Positions 39,624 through 51,484 of a stretch of 64,000 bases of DNA are shown in pieces. Source of the DNA: Bdellovibrionales bacterium. Its GTDB lineage: Bacteria; Bdellovibrionota; Bdellovibrionia; Bdellovibrionales; CAYMLA01. The position numbers were made by a program, and so were the translations under genes. How positions within the stretch are numbered: position 1 is the first letter of the stretch; every line of letters begins with the position of its first letter. The stretch lies in NCBI GenBank assembly GCA_965217115.1, contig OZ244239.1:1888001-1952000 (forward strand). Reading direction: 5' to 3'. The notes below the pieces were generated by a model, which did no database searches, was not told the origin of the DNA, and saw only the letters and a list, made by a program, of their open reading frames with translations.

Positions 39624-41729
39624 CTATTTTTTTTCCTCTTCTCTTTTCTTTTGGTATTCCTTTGAGAGTTCTTCTTGAACGTTTCGAGGGCATTGGGAAT
39701 AACGAGTGAATTCCATAGTAAATTCCCCCTTACCTTGGGTTGCTGAACGAAGATCAGTAGAATAACCAAACATTTCGCTCAAAGGAATATCTGCTGTCAC
39801 GGTGACAAAGCCTTCGAGAGTCGTTGTGCCGCCAATGATACCACGGCGTTGATTGATTTGTCCCATGATAGAACCTTGGAACTCATCAGGAGCTTGAACT
39901 TCAAGCTTCATAAGAGGTTCTAGAGCAACTGGTTTAGCGTCTGCAACGGCTTGTTTCATCGCCTGTGCGGCGCATATTTTAAAGGCCATTTCACTGGAAT
40001 CGACATCGTGGTAGGCGCCATCTTCTAAGTCGACTTCAACGTTAACGACAGGGAAGCCAATAAGTTCCCCTTTAACCAAGGCCTCTTGAAAACCTTTTTC
40101 ACAGGAGGAAATATATTCTTTAGGGATACGACCGCCAGTGACTTTGTTGTTAAAGCGGAAGTTGGTTTCTTCGCCGTCACTAATAGGGCGAATATGACCG
40201 AGAACTTTTGCAAACTGCCCAGAACCACCCGTTTGTTTTTTATGAGTGTAGTCTAGGACGGCTTCAGAACCGATGGATTCACGGTAGGCGACTTGTGGTG
40301 CTCCCGTGATAACTTCGCACTCAAATTCCCGTTTCATACGTTCGACATAGACTTCTAAATGAAGCTCTCCCATGCCTTGAATAATGGTTTCGTTAGATTC
40401 TTCATCTCTTGATACGCGAAAGGTAGGATCTTCACGACGGAATTTTTGTAGGGCTTTAGAAAATTTAGCGGCTCCAGATTTTTCTTTAGGAGCGATGGCC
40501 AGAGAGATCACGGCATCTGGAACGTGCATAGAGGTCATACTGAAATTAACCTTGCCATCGGTGAACGTATCCCCAGAGGAACATTCGATACCAAAGAGGG
40601 CGACAATATCTCCAGATTCTGCTTGTTCAAGATCTTGCATCTCTTCAGAGTGCATGCGCACGAGTCGGGGGATTTTTACTTTTTTGCCGTTGGCGACGTT
40701 AATAATAAAATCACCTTTTGTCATTTTACCTTGGTAGATACGCATATAAGTGAGCTGACCAAAACGGCCGTCTTCTAGTTTAAAGGCTAAGGCCACAAGA
40801 GGTTTACTGGAGTCAGAGGCGAGTGTGACTTTTTCCTCATCCTTGTCTAGATCGAGCGCCGTGTTCTCTCTATCTTGTGGAGTGGGGAGATAGCGATTAA
40901 CACCATCGAGAAGAAGTTGAACTCCCTTGTTTTTAAAAGCTGAGCCACAGTAAACAGGGCAAAGTTTAAGGGCTAAAACTCCCTTACGAATAGCTCTGTC
41001 TAAGTCATCAGGACCAACTTCTTCTTCCATTAGAAATTTTTCACCAACTTCATCATCAAAATCAGCAGCGGCAGCGACAAGTTCTTGGCGAGCTGTTTTA
41101 GCGGCGTCAAGGATGTCCTCTGGAACATCAGTTTCAATGATCTCTTCTCCATCATCACCTTTAAAAGTGTAACCTTTCATGCGCACAAGGTCGACGACTC
41201 CTTGATGATTGTCCTCAAGACCAATAGGTAATTGTGCCATGACAGCGTTGAGTTTAAGTTTTTCAACCAAGGCATTCTTGACGCGAATAGGGTCTGCGCC
41301 TTGACGATCAAGTTTATTTATAAAAGCAATTCGCGGAACATTGTATCGTTTCATTTGACGATCGACAGTGATGGATTGTGATTGAACTCCTGATACGCCA
41401 CAGAGAACAAGAATAGCACCATCAAGAACACGCAAAGCTCTCTCCACCTCAATGGTGAAATCCACGTGGCCCGGGGTATCAATAATATTAACTGTGTGAT
41501 CTTTCCAGTGGACCTGTGTTGCGGCTGATTGGATGGTGATTCCTTTCTCTCTCTCTAAATCCATGGAATCCATTTTAGCGCCGACACCATCTTTACCTCT
41601 TACATCGTGTATAGAGTGAATGCGTCCACCGTAGAATAAAATACGCTCGGTAAGAGTTGTTTTTCCAGAGTCAATATGGGCGGAGATACCGATATTTCTA
41701 ACTTTTTCTAGATTCCATTCTGTTGTCAT
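39624..41729 (-). CDS. fusA: Elongation factor G, standalone copy
   Basis: [39 protein letters not shown]. Confidence 0.97.
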   Translation of the reverse strand: MTTEWNLEKVRNIGISAHIDSGKTTLTERILFYGGRIHSIHDVRGKDGVGAKMDSMDLEREKGITIQSAATQVHWKDHTVNIIDTPGHVDFTIEVERALRVLDGAILVLCGVSGVQSQSITVDRQMKRYNVPRIAFINKLDRQGADPIRVKNALVEKLKLNAVMAQLPIGLEDNHQGVVDLVRMKGYTFKGDDGEEIIETDVPEDILDAAKTARQELVAAAADFDDEVGEKFLMEEEVGPDDLDRAIRKGVLALKLCPVYCGSAFKNKGVQLLLDGVNRYLPTPQDRENTALDLDKDEEKVTLASDSSKPLVALAFKLEDGRFGQLTYMRIYQGKMTKGDFIINVANGKKVKIPRLVRMHSEEMQDLEQAESGDIVALFGIECSSGDTFTDGKVNFSMTSMHVPDAVISLAIAPKEKSGAAKFSKALQKFRREDPTFRVSRDEESNETIIQGMGELHLEVYVERMKREFECEVITGAPQVAYRESIGSEAVLDYTHKKQTGGSGQFAKVLGHIRPISDGEETNFRFNNKVTGGRIPKEYISSCEKGFQEALVKGELIGFPVVNVEVDLEDGAYHDVDSSEMAFKICAAQAMKQAVADAKPVALEPLMKLEVQAPDEFQGSIMGQINQRRGIIGGTTTLEGFVTVTADIPLSEMFGYSTDLRSATQGKGEFTMEFTRYSQCPRNVQEELSKEYQKKREEEKK

Positions 41730-41949
41730 TCTTGCAGTCCTCAATTAATTAATATGGGTTAATAGTTAAACGAGAATATCGTCAAAAAAATTATTTGTTG
41801 AAATTCTCTATAAAAAAACATAAGGAAGAGGGATAGCATAGGCCTGAACAAAGTGCAAAGCGAGTATAGCCCATAGTGGAGTCGCATTTTTATTAAAAAC
41901 CATTTGTTTTAGGGAATACCATAGTATTTTTAATAACTTAGAGGTCTTT

Positions 41950-42606
41950 GTGTTTAGGCAGAAAAAAGATTTAGAACCTTGCAAATACGGGTTTCCCAGT
42001 GTGGATCAGGCAGATAGTGATGGCGTGGTGTGTGTTGGTGGCGATCTTATGCCATCTACTCTGGTGGAGGCTTATTCCCGAGGGATTTTCCCCTGGCCCT
42101 TTGATAATGATGAGACCCAAATTCCTTGGTTCAGTCCTGAGGAGAGGGGGGTTTTGGAGTTCAAGGATCTTCACATACCGAGGAGTCTCCAAAAGAAGAT
42201 CGGTAAATCCCATTGGAAAATCACTTACGATAGGGCCTTTGACGAAGTTATTTCTGGTTGTTCGAGATCATCATCTTCTGATCAGAAGGGGACATGGCTT
42301 TATCCGTTTATGAAAAAGGCCTATATGAGTCTTCACGAAATGGGTTACGCCCACAGTGTTGAGTGCTGGAGTGGTGAGAAGTTGGTAGGAGGTTTGTACG
42401 GGGTTTTGACTGAGAATTTTTTCAGTGCTGAGAGTATGTTTTATTTAGAGTCAGGAGCTTCTAAATATTGCCTAGTAAAAACGGTGGAGCATTTGCAGAG
42501 CATTGGCCACCAGTGGATGGACATTCAAATGGTGACACCTGTGACAGAAAGTTTTGGAGGAAAGTACATCAGTCGTCAGAGTTTCTTGGAAAAGGTGTTT
42601 TTTTAA
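41950..42606 (+). CDS. aat: Leucyl/phenylalanyl-tRNA--protein transferase
   Basis: GGDL, AYSRGIFPW, AHSVECW, LVGGLYG, ESMF. Confidence 0.93.
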   Translation: MFRQKKDLEPCKYGFPSVDQADSDGVVCVGGDLMPSTLVEAYSRGIFPWPFDNDETQIPWFSPEERGVLEFKDLHIPRSLQKKIGKSHWKITYDRAFDEVISGCSRSSSSDQKGTWLYPFMKKAYMSLHEMGYAHSVECWSGEKLVGGLYGVLTENFFSAESMFYLESGASKYCLVKTVEHLQSIGHQWMDIQMVTPVTESFGGKYISRQSFLEKVFF

Positions 42607-42616
42607 AGTGGCCTGT

Positions 42617-44026
42617 TTATTGGTTATAACCAAAGAGGTTTTTGGCTTTAATGACTTTTGCAATCTCCTCGGGAACAAATTCCTCCCACATGGGGTTATT
42701 CTCTTGCAGGAGCTGGCGAACTTTGGAAGAGTGCATAGAAACTTGTGTCAAGTCACAACCTAGAAGATTAACAATTTTATTGTTCTCCATAAGATAGTTG
42801 TAGAGATGTTTTAGCTGCGAGGGAGGGTTGAAGGTGCTGGCTGTTTGGCAACTCTCTTTAGTGTGTAGAGGGTAGACGTAGACAGTGGATTTTCCATTGA
42901 TCAACTTCCCAAAGGCTTCAAGAATTCCACCATTAAGATGGGAGTAGAACTCTTCATCAAAAAGTTTTTCTAGATGTCCAGCACCTATGACCATGCCAAT
43001 AGCATTTTGCGTGAAACGTCCAAGATAGTTTTTAACATCAACAAATAAAACGTAGTTTGAGATTAAGATCGTGTGCCCTAGGGAGGTGAGTGATTCTACC
43101 CGTTCGAGAAAATCTTGTATAGGGGTGTCTTTTGAACCCCCTTTGAGGCTTTGCATGGTGATCTCATTAACAATAATGATGTCTTCATGAGTGTCCGTGA
43201 GATTGTAGTCTTTTATAAATTGTTTTTCACCGTGGTTGAGGATATCCAAATTAACTTTAGTGAATGGCCTGAAGGACCCTCTTTGCAAGAGGATGGGTTT
43301 TTTATAGAAAACATCAGATGGTTGTTTTACGTTGCCATCGGACCCAAATAAGACAGCGTCAGTGAACCCTTGCTCAATGAGTTCCAAGCTCAATAACCGA
43401 TTATTAAAGTGATTGAGATTGGGACCGTCGGTGTGAATCATATCAATTTCAATTCTCTGCCGGTTGAGGTTTCCTGTTAGCGATGAAATAAAGTCACGAC
43501 TATTATCTAATTGATAAAAAGCGGCGTGGGTGAGATTAACGCCGAGTATCCCTATGGCCTCTTGTTGTTGCTGGTTATTGGTATCGTGTAGACGAACGTG
43601 AATGACGATTTGGTTACAAGGGGTGTTGGGCTGGGTTTGGAAACGAACTCCTAGCCAACCATGGCATTCGTTTGTGCCCTTAAAATTACGAGCGGCAACA
43701 GTGTCGGCAAAGGCAAAGAAGCATGTGTTATCTCCGCGAGTTTCGGAGAGTCTCTCTTGCAGGAGATTGAATTCATGTTCGAGCATTTTGTTAAGACGTG
43801 ACTCAACGACGTATCGGCCAGAGTCTTCTTTCCCGTAGATGTCATCGCTGAATTTCATATCGTAGGCGGAAATCGTCTTAGCAACGGTACCGGCGGCGCC
43901 TCCTGCTTGGAAAAAATAACGTGCGACTTCTTGGCCGGCACCAATTTCAGCAATACTGCCATAGATGTTGGAGTCGAGGTTGAGAGCAAGAGCTTTCTCT
44001 ATGGTGGAAGTATTGTGTGTATCCAT
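42617..44026 (-). CDS. Conserved protein of uncertain function (nucleotidyltransferase-like GSFRP motif)
   Basis: KALALNL...YGSIAEIGAGQEVAR, ECHGWLGVRFQ, RGSFRP. Confidence 0.7.
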   Translation of the reverse strand: MDTHNTSTIEKALALNLDSNIYGSIAEIGAGQEVARYFFQAGGAAGTVAKTISAYDMKFSDDIYGKEDSGRYVVESRLNKMLEHEFNLLQERLSETRGDNTCFFAFADTVAARNFKGTNECHGWLGVRFQTQPNTPCNQIVIHVRLHDTNNQQQQEAIGILGVNLTHAAFYQLDNSRDFISSLTGNLNRQRIEIDMIHTDGPNLNHFNNRLLSLELIEQGFTDAVLFGSDGNVKQPSDVFYKKPILLQRGSFRPFTKVNLDILNHGEKQFIKDYNLTDTHEDIIIVNEITMQSLKGGSKDTPIQDFLERVESLTSLGHTILISNYVLFVDVKNYLGRFTQNAIGMVIGAGHLEKLFDEEFYSHLNGGILEAFGKLINGKSTVYVYPLHTKESCQTASTFNPPSQLKHLYNYLMENNKIVNLLGCDLTQVSMHSSKVRQLLQENNPMWEEFVPEEIAKVIKAKNLFGYNQ

Positions 44027-44243
44027 GGTTACTTTATCGGTAAAAAGTGACTTAATATGACCTTCTACTAGATGTTTTCATGAATAGAATAGAGTTTAGT
44101 CTCATTTTGAGACGCTATGCTTCGTGGCTGTGCAGGTGCTTAACAGGTTGAATAATGACGGCTTAAATGAATAGCCGTGGAAAGATATTTGACCTAATTA
44201 TGAAGAAAAAGTAGAAACTGATGTGGGTTTTTGTAATTAATAA

Positions 44244-45371
44244 TTGGGAGCAATTATGGGTTTTCTTTTAGAAGGTTTGTGGATTTATGGAGCCGTTGGT
44301 GGGGTTTTTCTCCTAGGGCTAATATTTTTTTTCCAACGAACCCGAGCGAAGTTAAAAACAAAACAGCGGACGTTGTTATCGCCAGAAGAAAATCCATTGG
44401 ATCAATCCCCAGGGGAGAGAGCTCCTGAAGAGGTTCCATCTCAAGAAGCCTCACTAGATGAAGCATTAAAGAGCACAAAATCTCATTTCTTTGGACGTAT
44501 CCAGTCTTTGTTTTCTTCTAAGTCTGAATTGTCTTCTGATGATTTGGAAAGTTTGGAAGAGATTCTTTACACCAGTGATTTGGGTCCTCAAACGGTTCAG
44601 AAGTTACAGATGTCTCTTGAGGAGCAATTAGAAGGGAGTGATAAGTCTGACTTGCCCAGCGTTTGTAAGGCTATTGCTCAGTCGATGGAAGGTATTTTCT
44701 CTAAGGTGACGATTGATTTAGAGAATGAATTCAGTGTAGAGGATTTGCGTCAAGGGCCCCATGGGCTGTCTGTGTGGATGATTGTGGGAGTTAATGGTGC
44801 TGGCAAAACGACAACGATTGGTAAATTAGCATCACAGATGACGAGTCGTGGGAAAAAAGTTTTGGTGGCTGCGGGTGATACGTTCAGGGCAGCGGCTGAT
44901 ACGCAATTAAAGGTTTGGACTCAGAGAGCAGGGGCAGAGATGTTTAGTCCAGAAGGGGTTAAGGACCCTAGCGCCGTGGCTTTTGATGCTTGTCAAATGG
45001 CTCAAAGCCGAGGCTTTGAAGTGTTAATCATTGATACGGCAGGACGCCTGCACACCCAGGAAAATTTGATGGAAGAGTTAAAGAAAATGAAGAGAGTTAT
45101 TCAAAAGGTCATTCCAGACGGCCCCCAAGAGACTTTGATTGTTTTGGATGCCAATTCTGGACAGAATGCCCTCACTCAGGCGAGACAATTTCACGATGCG
45201 TTAGATTTGACAGGAGCTATTTTAACCAAGCTCGATGGTTCAGCCAAGGGAGGTGTGGCAGTGGGTTTGGCTTGTGAGCTAGGCCTACCCGTGCGCTTGA
45301 TCGGTGTAGGTGAAGGCATCGGTGATTTACGGGGCTTTGCAGCAAGAGAATTTGTCAATTCTATTCTCTAG
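44244..45371 (+). CDS. ftsY: Signal recognition particle receptor
   Basis: GVNGAGKTTTIGKLA, DTFRAAA, DTAGR, TKLDGSAKGG; N-terminal TM segment. Confidence 0.96.
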   Translation: MGAIMGFLLEGLWIYGAVGGVFLLGLIFFFQRTRAKLKTKQRTLLSPEENPLDQSPGERAPEEVPSQEASLDEALKSTKSHFFGRIQSLFSSKSELSSDDLESLEEILYTSDLGPQTVQKLQMSLEEQLEGSDKSDLPSVCKAIAQSMEGIFSKVTIDLENEFSVEDLRQGPHGLSVWMIVGVNGAGKTTTIGKLASQMTSRGKKVLVAAGDTFRAAADTQLKVWTQRAGAEMFSPEGVKDPSAVAFDACQMAQSRGFEVLIIDTAGRLHTQENLMEELKKMKRVIQKVIPDGPQETLIVLDANSGQNALTQARQFHDALDLTGAILTKLDGSAKGGVAVGLACELGLPVRLIGVGEGIGDLRGFAAREFVNSIL

Positions 45372-45478
45372 AAATACGAGGCCAGTTGACGCAGATGAAT
45401 ATCTCCGTTATCTATATATAGTGGTTTAGTTCCCATTAATGATCCATAAGCTGTTTTTTTTGGATCTAGGAGGAAATT

Positions 45479-45853
45479 TTGGAAAACGACTCTAAAAAGG
45501 ATAAAACGGTTTTCGAAACACAAATTGCAGGAATGAGTTTTAAGTTACGAACAGCTCACAATGAAGAAACAGTTAATGAGCTGGTAGATTTTGTAAATAA
45601 TAAGTTTCAACAGGCGTTGAAGGGAACAAAGAGCGGATCTGTAGCGAATGCCATTGTGTTGGCATCCCTTAATATTGCTGAAGAGTATATGATACTCAAA
45701 AAGAAGGCGAGCTTGGAACTTGATAATTTATTAGAAGAAACTCAAAAGATTTCCTCCGATTTGGAACTAGCCCACTGTTCTCAAAATGAGCAAGACAAGG
45801 TGTTGGAGACGGATCAGAGTGAAAGTAATAATAATTCATTTGCGAGTTGTTAG
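45479..45853 (+). CDS. zapA: Cell division protein ZapA
   Basis: IAGMSFKL, LASLNIAEEY; synteny with 5-FCL and rny. Confidence 0.85.
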   Translation: MENDSKKDKTVFETQIAGMSFKLRTAHNEETVNELVDFVNNKFQQALKGTKSGSVANAIVLASLNIAEEYMILKKKASLELDNLLEETQKISSDLELAHCSQNEQDKVLETDQSESNNNSFASC

Positions 45854-45909
45854 CTCCTCTGGGTTTTTTTTGATCTGAATTCATCTGTCATTATGCTTTT
45901 TTAGAGAAC
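45777..45909 (+). ncRNA. Candidate 6S RNA-like rod overlapping the zapA 3' end
   Basis: Nested pairings found by eye (GTTCTC/GAGAAC, GACAAGGTG/CATCTGTC, GGATCAGAG/TTTTGATCT, TAATAATTC/GAGTTGTTA) at the usual ssrS locus. Confidence 0.3.
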
Positions 45910-45953
45910 TCTTATAACGACTGTCACTGCTTGTCAGTCCTAGGGGTTTTTGT

Positions 45954-46595
45954 ATGTCTTTGAAAGTAGACAAAGAGGTTTTAAGAAAGGCTTATCGACA
46001 AAAGCGTCGGGCCTTTGTTGAGAAATGTAAAATAAACAGTTCAGTTCAAGGGCTGCCTCAAGAATTGTCGATTCATAAAAGAGTTATTAAACAACTCAGT
46101 GGAGTGCTCACTGCCTTAGGGACAGATGGAAGTGTTTGGGGTTCTTATTTGGGCCATTTAAACAGTGAGTTGAATCTGGGATTGTTATCTCCATCGGATT
46201 TTGACGGCAAGTTGATAAGATGGGCGTATCCAGTGGTTGAGGGACAGAGACTACGGTTTTTTATTCCTCAAGATGGAGAGAAAAGCTTAAGGGTTGGGGC
46301 TTTGGGTATTTTAGAGCCAAATCCAGAATCATCAAAAGAAGTTTTTTTGCAAGATTTAGAAGGAGTCTTGGTTCCAGGTTTGGCTTTTGATTCCCATGGT
46401 GGACGATTGGGACAGGGAAAAGGGTTTTACGATAGATTTTTAAAAAATTTTAAAGGTGTAAAGGCAGGAATTGCTTATTCGGTACAGGTGAGTCAGGATT
46501 TTTTACCTGTTTCTGAGAGCGATATTCCTATGGATGTGTTGATAACAGAAGATGGGGTTATATCCCCGTCGCATAGGGTTCCATTGGGAGCCTAG
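45954..46595 (+). CDS. 5-formyltetrahydrofolate cyclo-ligase
   Basis: GILEP, VPGLAFD...RLGQGKGFYDRFL, DIPMD. Confidence 0.93.
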   Translation: MSLKVDKEVLRKAYRQKRRAFVEKCKINSSVQGLPQELSIHKRVIKQLSGVLTALGTDGSVWGSYLGHLNSELNLGLLSPSDFDGKLIRWAYPVVEGQRLRFFIPQDGEKSLRVGALGILEPNPESSKEVFLQDLEGVLVPGLAFDSHGGRLGQGKGFYDRFLKNFKGVKAGIAYSVQVSQDFLPVSESDIPMDVLITEDGVISPSHRVPLGA

Positions 46596-46614
46596 ACAAA
46601 GAAGGTAGAGAGAT

Positions 46615-48198
46615 ATGGAAAGCATAAGTATGATAATGATGATTTTAGTTGGGATAGTAGGGTCCGTTGCTGGAGCGGGAATTGTTTTTTTAGTTAAAAA
46701 GAAACAGGAAAAGGATAACAAGAGGTCGGCAAAAGTAGAAGCTAATCGAATTGTGAACCGTGCAAAGTCAGAAGTGTCGCGTATGGAACGTGATGCTAAG
46801 AATAAGGCCAAAGATTTTGAATCTCGCGCACGTAAGAATGCAGAGACAGAGATTCAAAAGCAAAAGCAAAAATTGCAAAATATTGAGAAAGATCTCGATA
46901 GTAAGAAGAAACATATTGCAAGCAAGATGGAATCTTGTGATGAAGAGATTGCTCAGAAGATTCAAGATGTGGAAGAGAGAGAGAAATTGGTTAAATCGGC
47001 CAAGATTCGCTTGAAAGAGTTGGAAGATCAATCAGAGAAGAAGTTAGTTTCTCTAAGAGAGAAACTTGTTGTGGCTGCAGGAATGTCACCTGAGGAAGCT
47101 AAAAGAGAATTGGTAGAGGCAATGAAGGGCGAGGCTAAGAAAGAAGCTGATAAGTTGGCCTTGCAAATTGAAGTAGAGACGAATGCTGAGGCTGAGAAGA
47201 ATGCGAAGAAGATATTGAGCTTAGCTATATCCCGTTACGCGGGAGATTATGTTGCTGAACGCACGGTGACGGTGGTGGCACTGCCCTCGGATGAGATTAA
47301 GGGTAAGATCATCGGTCGAGAGGGAAGAAATATTCGAACTCTAGAGTCTCTGTGTGGTGTTGATTTAATTGTGGACGATACGCCAGAGGCGGTGGTGATC
47401 GCGGGTTTTGATCCTGTTCGTCGTGTGGTGGCTAAGGAGGCTTTGACTCGTTTGATTGAAGATGGTCGTGTTCACCCTGCCCGTATTGAAGAGATTGTAG
47501 AGAAGGTTAAAACTGAAATATTCCGTGGAATTCGTGAAGCTGGTGAACGGGCGATGATGGATCTTGGTCTTCAAGATGTGCATCCTGAGATTGTGAATCT
47601 TGTTGGTGCCTTGAAATACAGAACGTCCTACACACAGAATCAATACACCCATGTGCTTGAAGTGGGTTTTTTCTGTGGAATTATGGCCGCTGAGTTAGGA
47701 TTGAGTGTGAAGAAGGCGAGACGTGCAGGAGTGTTCCACGATATCGGTAAGGCATTGGATCACAGTATTGAAGGAAGTCATGCTGTGATTGGAGCTGATT
47801 TTATTAAAAAATATGGAGAAGCTCCAGATATTGTCCATGCAGTGAGGGCGCATCATGAGGATGTTCAGCCAGAGACGGCCTTGGCTTTTCTGGTTATTGC
47901 TGGGGATAAATTATCAGGTGCGCGTCCAGGGGCTCGTCGCTCGATGATGCAATCTTATATTCAGCGCTTAGAGGATTTAGAATCCATTGCCAATAGCTTT
48001 GATGGCGTAATTCGTAGTTTTGCTTTGCAGGCAGGCCGTGAAATCCGTGTGATGGTGGAGGGCGCCCGTGTGACTGATGAACATGCTTTAATGATGAGTC
48101 GTGATATTGCTCGCAAGATTGAGAGTGAATTAGTTTATCCTGGACAGATCAAGGTGACAGTGGTGAGAGAGACACGCGCGGTTGAACATGCGAGGTAA
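46615..48198 (+). CDS. rny: Ribonuclease Y
   Basis: N-terminal TM, coiled coil, [20 protein letters not shown]. Confidence 0.97.
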   Translation: MESISMIMMILVGIVGSVAGAGIVFLVKKKQEKDNKRSAKVEANRIVNRAKSEVSRMERDAKNKAKDFESRARKNAETEIQKQKQKLQNIEKDLDSKKKHIASKMESCDEEIAQKIQDVEEREKLVKSAKIRLKELEDQSEKKLVSLREKLVVAAGMSPEEAKRELVEAMKGEAKKEADKLALQIEVETNAEAEKNAKKILSLAISRYAGDYVAERTVTVVALPSDEIKGKIIGREGRNIRTLESLCGVDLIVDDTPEAVVIAGFDPVRRVVAKEALTRLIEDGRVHPARIEEIVEKVKTEIFRGIREAGERAMMDLGLQDVHPEIVNLVGALKYRTSYTQNQYTHVLEVGFFCGIMAAELGLSVKKARRAGVFHDIGKALDHSIEGSHAVIGADFIKKYGEAPDIVHAVRAHHEDVQPETALAFLVIAGDKLSGARPGARRSMMQSYIQRLEDLESIANSFDGVIRSFALQAGREIRVMVEGARVTDEHALMMSRDIARKIESELVYPGQIKVTVVRETRAVEHAR

Positions 48199-48200
48199 TC

Positions 48201-49427
48201 GTGGCATTTCAAGAGCCTAATGAACAATTGCGACAGCTTAAGAAAGGAGCTGTCGATCTTGTTTCTGAACAGGAATTATTAAAGAAGCTAGAAATATCTT
48301 TTAAGGAAAATCGCCCGCTTCGTATCAAGGCGGGGTTTGATCCCACTCGTCCTGATTTACATTTAGGACATACGGTATTGTTGAATAAAATGCGTCAGTT
48401 TCAGAATTTGGGACATCATTGTATTTTTCTAATTGGTGATTTTACGGGGATGATTGGTGATCCCAGTGGGCGCAATGAAGCACGACCAGCGTTAACGAAG
48501 AGAGATGTGGCGGAGAATGCTAAAACTTATGCCAGACAGGTTTTTAAAATTCTCGACTCTAAGAAAACAGAGGTGTCCTACAATTCCCATTGGATGGATA
48601 AGTTTCAGGCTCAGGATTTTATTAAGCTCTCCTCTCAATACACAGTGGCGCGTATGTTAGAGAGAGATGATTTTGAAAAGCGTTACAAAGGTGGCATGGC
48701 GATTAATATCCATGAATTCTTATATCCCCTTGTGCAAGGTTATGATTCGGTGGCTTTAAAAGCCGATGTGGAGTTGGGGGGAACGGATCAGAAGTTTAAT
48801 TTACTTTTAGGTCGTGATATTCAAAAATCTTATGCTCATAGCCCTCAGTGTATTTTAACGGTTCCTATCTTAGAGGGCTTGGATGGAGTGCAGAAAATGT
48901 CTAAGAGTTATGACAATTACATTGGTGTTGAGGACTCTCCTAAAGACATGTTTGGTAAAACGATGCGGGTGTCTGATGAATTGATGATTCGTTACTACGA
49001 GCTTTTAACGGATATTGATGTGGATGGGTTGGAAAAATTAAAAAATGAAATTTCTAATGGAACAAAGCACCCTCGTCAGGCCAAGGTGGAATTGGCTCAA
49101 ACTCTTATTGAGCGGTTTTACGATAAAAAAGCGGCTGTGAATGCACTTGTGGAATTTGAAAGAATTTTTATAAAGAAGGGCTTACCCGATGATATCCCTG
49201 AGATGACCGTATCTGTGGAAAAAGAGATCTGGATTTGCAAATTAATGGTGGATGCTCAGTTAGCGGGGTCAACCAGTGAGGCTAGGCGTTTGGTAAAAGG
49301 TAATGCTGTGGAGAGAGATGGTAAAAAGTGTTTAGACCCTCAAGTTAAATGGAATTTAGAAGAAGGGCAGGAATTTGTTTTAAAGGCTGGAAAAAAGAAA
49401 TTTGTTAAGATTATGGTGCGGGCCTAA
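48201..49427 (+). CDS. tyrS: Tyrosine--tRNA ligase
   Basis: GFDPT..HLGH, GGTDQ, KMSKS, S4 domain. Confidence 0.97.
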   Translation: MAFQEPNEQLRQLKKGAVDLVSEQELLKKLEISFKENRPLRIKAGFDPTRPDLHLGHTVLLNKMRQFQNLGHHCIFLIGDFTGMIGDPSGRNEARPALTKRDVAENAKTYARQVFKILDSKKTEVSYNSHWMDKFQAQDFIKLSSQYTVARMLERDDFEKRYKGGMAINIHEFLYPLVQGYDSVALKADVELGGTDQKFNLLLGRDIQKSYAHSPQCILTVPILEGLDGVQKMSKSYDNYIGVEDSPKDMFGKTMRVSDELMIRYYELLTDIDVDGLEKLKNEISNGTKHPRQAKVELAQTLIERFYDKKAAVNALVEFERIFIKKGLPDDIPEMTVSVEKEIWICKLMVDAQLAGSTSEARRLVKGNAVERDGKKCLDPQVKWNLEEGQEFVLKAGKKKFVKIMVRA

Positions 49428-49459
49428 GCTCACATAACAAACGTAGAGGATTTTTAATA

Positions 49460-50224
49460 ATGAAGATAAAATTTGTTCCTCAAGATAAAGAGTTTGAAAT
49501 TGATTCTAATGAGAGTGTTCTTGAAGTCGCTAAGAGAAACGGTATTTTTATTAAGTATTTGTGCAATGGTCAGGCGAGTTGTGCTGAATGTCGTATTCGC
49601 ATCACTAAGGGTGAACATAATGTTGTGAGTCCTAATGCTAAGGAAATCAGTCAAATCGGTTCTATGTATTATGTTGATAACCGTCGTTTGGCTTGTCAAA
49701 TTAAGTGTTTTGGAGATGTTGAAATTGACACCTCTGACCATGTTGGCAAGGAGGGGACAACGGTTAAAAAGGCCCGTGGCGCTAAGGAAGAGTCCAGTGC
49801 TGTCACAGGTCAGATGTTTGCTTCTCGTAGTGCAGTGGATGAAGATGAAAGACAGGCCAATGAATTGGTGATGAAGCAGGAGAGAGAGCAGCTTCTGCGA
49901 AAGTTAAAGACAGAGAGGGGAAGCCAGAGCAGTGGTTTTTATGATAGTCTGAAATCTGGTGTGGATTACCGAGAGTATGATGCTGACAAAGACCAACGTA
50001 AAAATAAAAATCATCGTAATAACAATAGCAGTAGAAACGACAAGTGGGATGACGATGAGAAAGAATTGGATCTGAGTAAAGTGGATGAGAATAAAGATTT
50101 AGATGTGACAGGTCAGGGAGCAAAGGGGCGTAACCGTCGTAACAACAATCGTCGTCGTCGTAACCATACTGCGAGCAATAGAAATAATAAAAACAGCAGC
50201 ACTAAGAATGATCGTAAAAAATAA
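49460..50224 (+). CDS. 2Fe-2S ferredoxin-domain protein with long charged low-complexity tail
   Basis: CNGQASCAEC...RLACQ; Asn/Arg/Asp-rich C-terminus. Confidence 0.85.
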   Translation: MKIKFVPQDKEFEIDSNESVLEVAKRNGIFIKYLCNGQASCAECRIRITKGEHNVVSPNAKEISQIGSMYYVDNRRLACQIKCFGDVEIDTSDHVGKEGTTVKKARGAKEESSAVTGQMFASRSAVDEDERQANELVMKQEREQLLRKLKTERGSQSSGFYDSLKSGVDYREYDADKDQRKNKNHRNNNSSRNDKWDDDEKELDLSKVDENKDLDVTGQGAKGRNRRNNNRRRRNHTASNRNNKNSSTKNDRKK

Positions 50225-50277
50225 CTAACATCTGCATAACGCTCGATAGTGTATTGCAGACGTGGCTGTATAAGTTG

Positions 50278-51012
50278 TTATGGGATATAATAAGTTTCAG
50301 CATCAAGATTTTCCCACGAGCCGTCTTTTTTTATCTTAGGAATAACTCGCCCTTTTTGGTAAAGAAGCTGTTTGTCTTTTTTTCTGAAGGTAAAATACAA
50401 AGGATCAACCAGCTTAGAAATAAGCCAGCTAGAGCCAGACATTTTAACGGTAATGACAGGTTCCCCATTGAGCTTGCCTTCCTTAATTTTTTTGTATGTG
50501 AAGCCAACGGTCTCTCGACGACTCATAACTCCAAATCTAGTTTTGACTGATTTACCTGAAAGTATCTTCTGCCAATGCTTTTGTAGATAGGGGACCATGG
50601 TTGGTCCAACAATAAAATTATCTGTTTTTTTCTCTCTAGATATTTTATTTCCACCATTCTGCTTTTTATAATGAAAGATAACCATCCCTTCTTTTATTTC
50701 TATTTTCCCCTTGGTGTTGATCTGTTTTTGCTCGAGAGTGAGACTTGAGAAGTTTCCTCTCTTATCATATTTCATGTCTTGTTCTAGGGCAATTCCACCG
50801 GTGGCATTTTTATAAACAGTCTTTACCTTTATTCCCGTAGCGCCCTTAGAAAAGTTCCTATACATCTTAAAAAGAACGTCTTTCTTGTGAGAGTCCATCT
50901 TATAAATAGTTCCTATTAATTTTTCTTTAGCAGATTGACCTTCAAAAGAAAAAGAAATTAAAACAAGGAAGGCGAATGTTTTTAAATAGATTGTCACGTC
51001 AATACTCTCCAA
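50278..51012 (-). CDS. Secreted basic hypothetical protein
   Basis: Signal-peptide-like N-terminus; beta-rich sequence. Confidence 0.7.
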   Translation of the reverse strand: MESIDVTIYLKTFAFLVLISFSFEGQSAKEKLIGTIYKMDSHKKDVLFKMYRNFSKGATGIKVKTVYKNATGGIALEQDMKYDKRGNFSSLTLEQKQINTKGKIEIKEGMVIFHYKKQNGGNKISREKKTDNFIVGPTMVPYLQKHWQKILSGKSVKTRFGVMSRRETVGFTYKKIKEGKLNGEPVITVKMSGSSWLISKLVDPLYFTFRKKDKQLLYQKGRVIPKIKKDGSWENLDAETYYIP

Positions 51013-51085
51013 AAAGTTAAAAAGGTTATTCTCTATAAAGAGTATAGCCTTGTTTTAATTAAAATCTCAAGTAATGAAGGAAAAG

Positions 51086-51415
51086 TTAAACACTGAAAGA
51101 AATGCCGCATCCACAGGACTTAGCAGCATTTGGATTCTCAAAAGTAAACCCATTGCCGTTTAAGCCACCATCGTAATCTAAGGTCATTCCTATAAGGTAA
51201 AGATAGCTCTCTTGATCGACCACGACCTTCTCACCGTCATGTTCAAACTCATGATCCTTCGAGTCTTTCTCATTTCCAAAATCCATTTTATAGGACATTC
51301 CTGAACACCCCCCTTTCTTAATCAACACTCTGATAAAAGAGTCTGGTGTTAAAGAAGAGTCTTCTTCTTTGAGATTTTTGATTTTTTTAATAGCTTTTTC
51401 AGTCAAATGAATCAT
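51086..51415 (-). CDS. HesB/IscA-family Fe-S assembly protein
   Basis: GGCSGMSY, NPNA..SCGCG.SF. Confidence 0.93.
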   Translation of the reverse strand: MIHLTEKAIKKIKNLKEEDSSLTPDSFIRVLIKKGGCSGMSYKMDFGNEKDSKDHEFEHDGEKVVVDQESYLYLIGMTLDYDGGLNGNGFTFENPNAAKSCGCGISFSV

Positions 51416-51484
51416 AGCTCGACTCTACCATGATTGGGAATAAAGGTAAAATATAAAAGAATAATATAAAAGAATAATAGAAAA

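Noticed and set aside
44034..44061. Additional sigma28 promoter (ACCGATAA; likewise TCCGATAA at 17591)
   Set aside because: The -10-like box is present but there is no TAAA at 15-16 nt spacing
51449..51478. Short tandem duplications (also 13671-13700 and 55551-55569)
   Set aside because: Two or three short copies in low-complexity DNA with no functional indication
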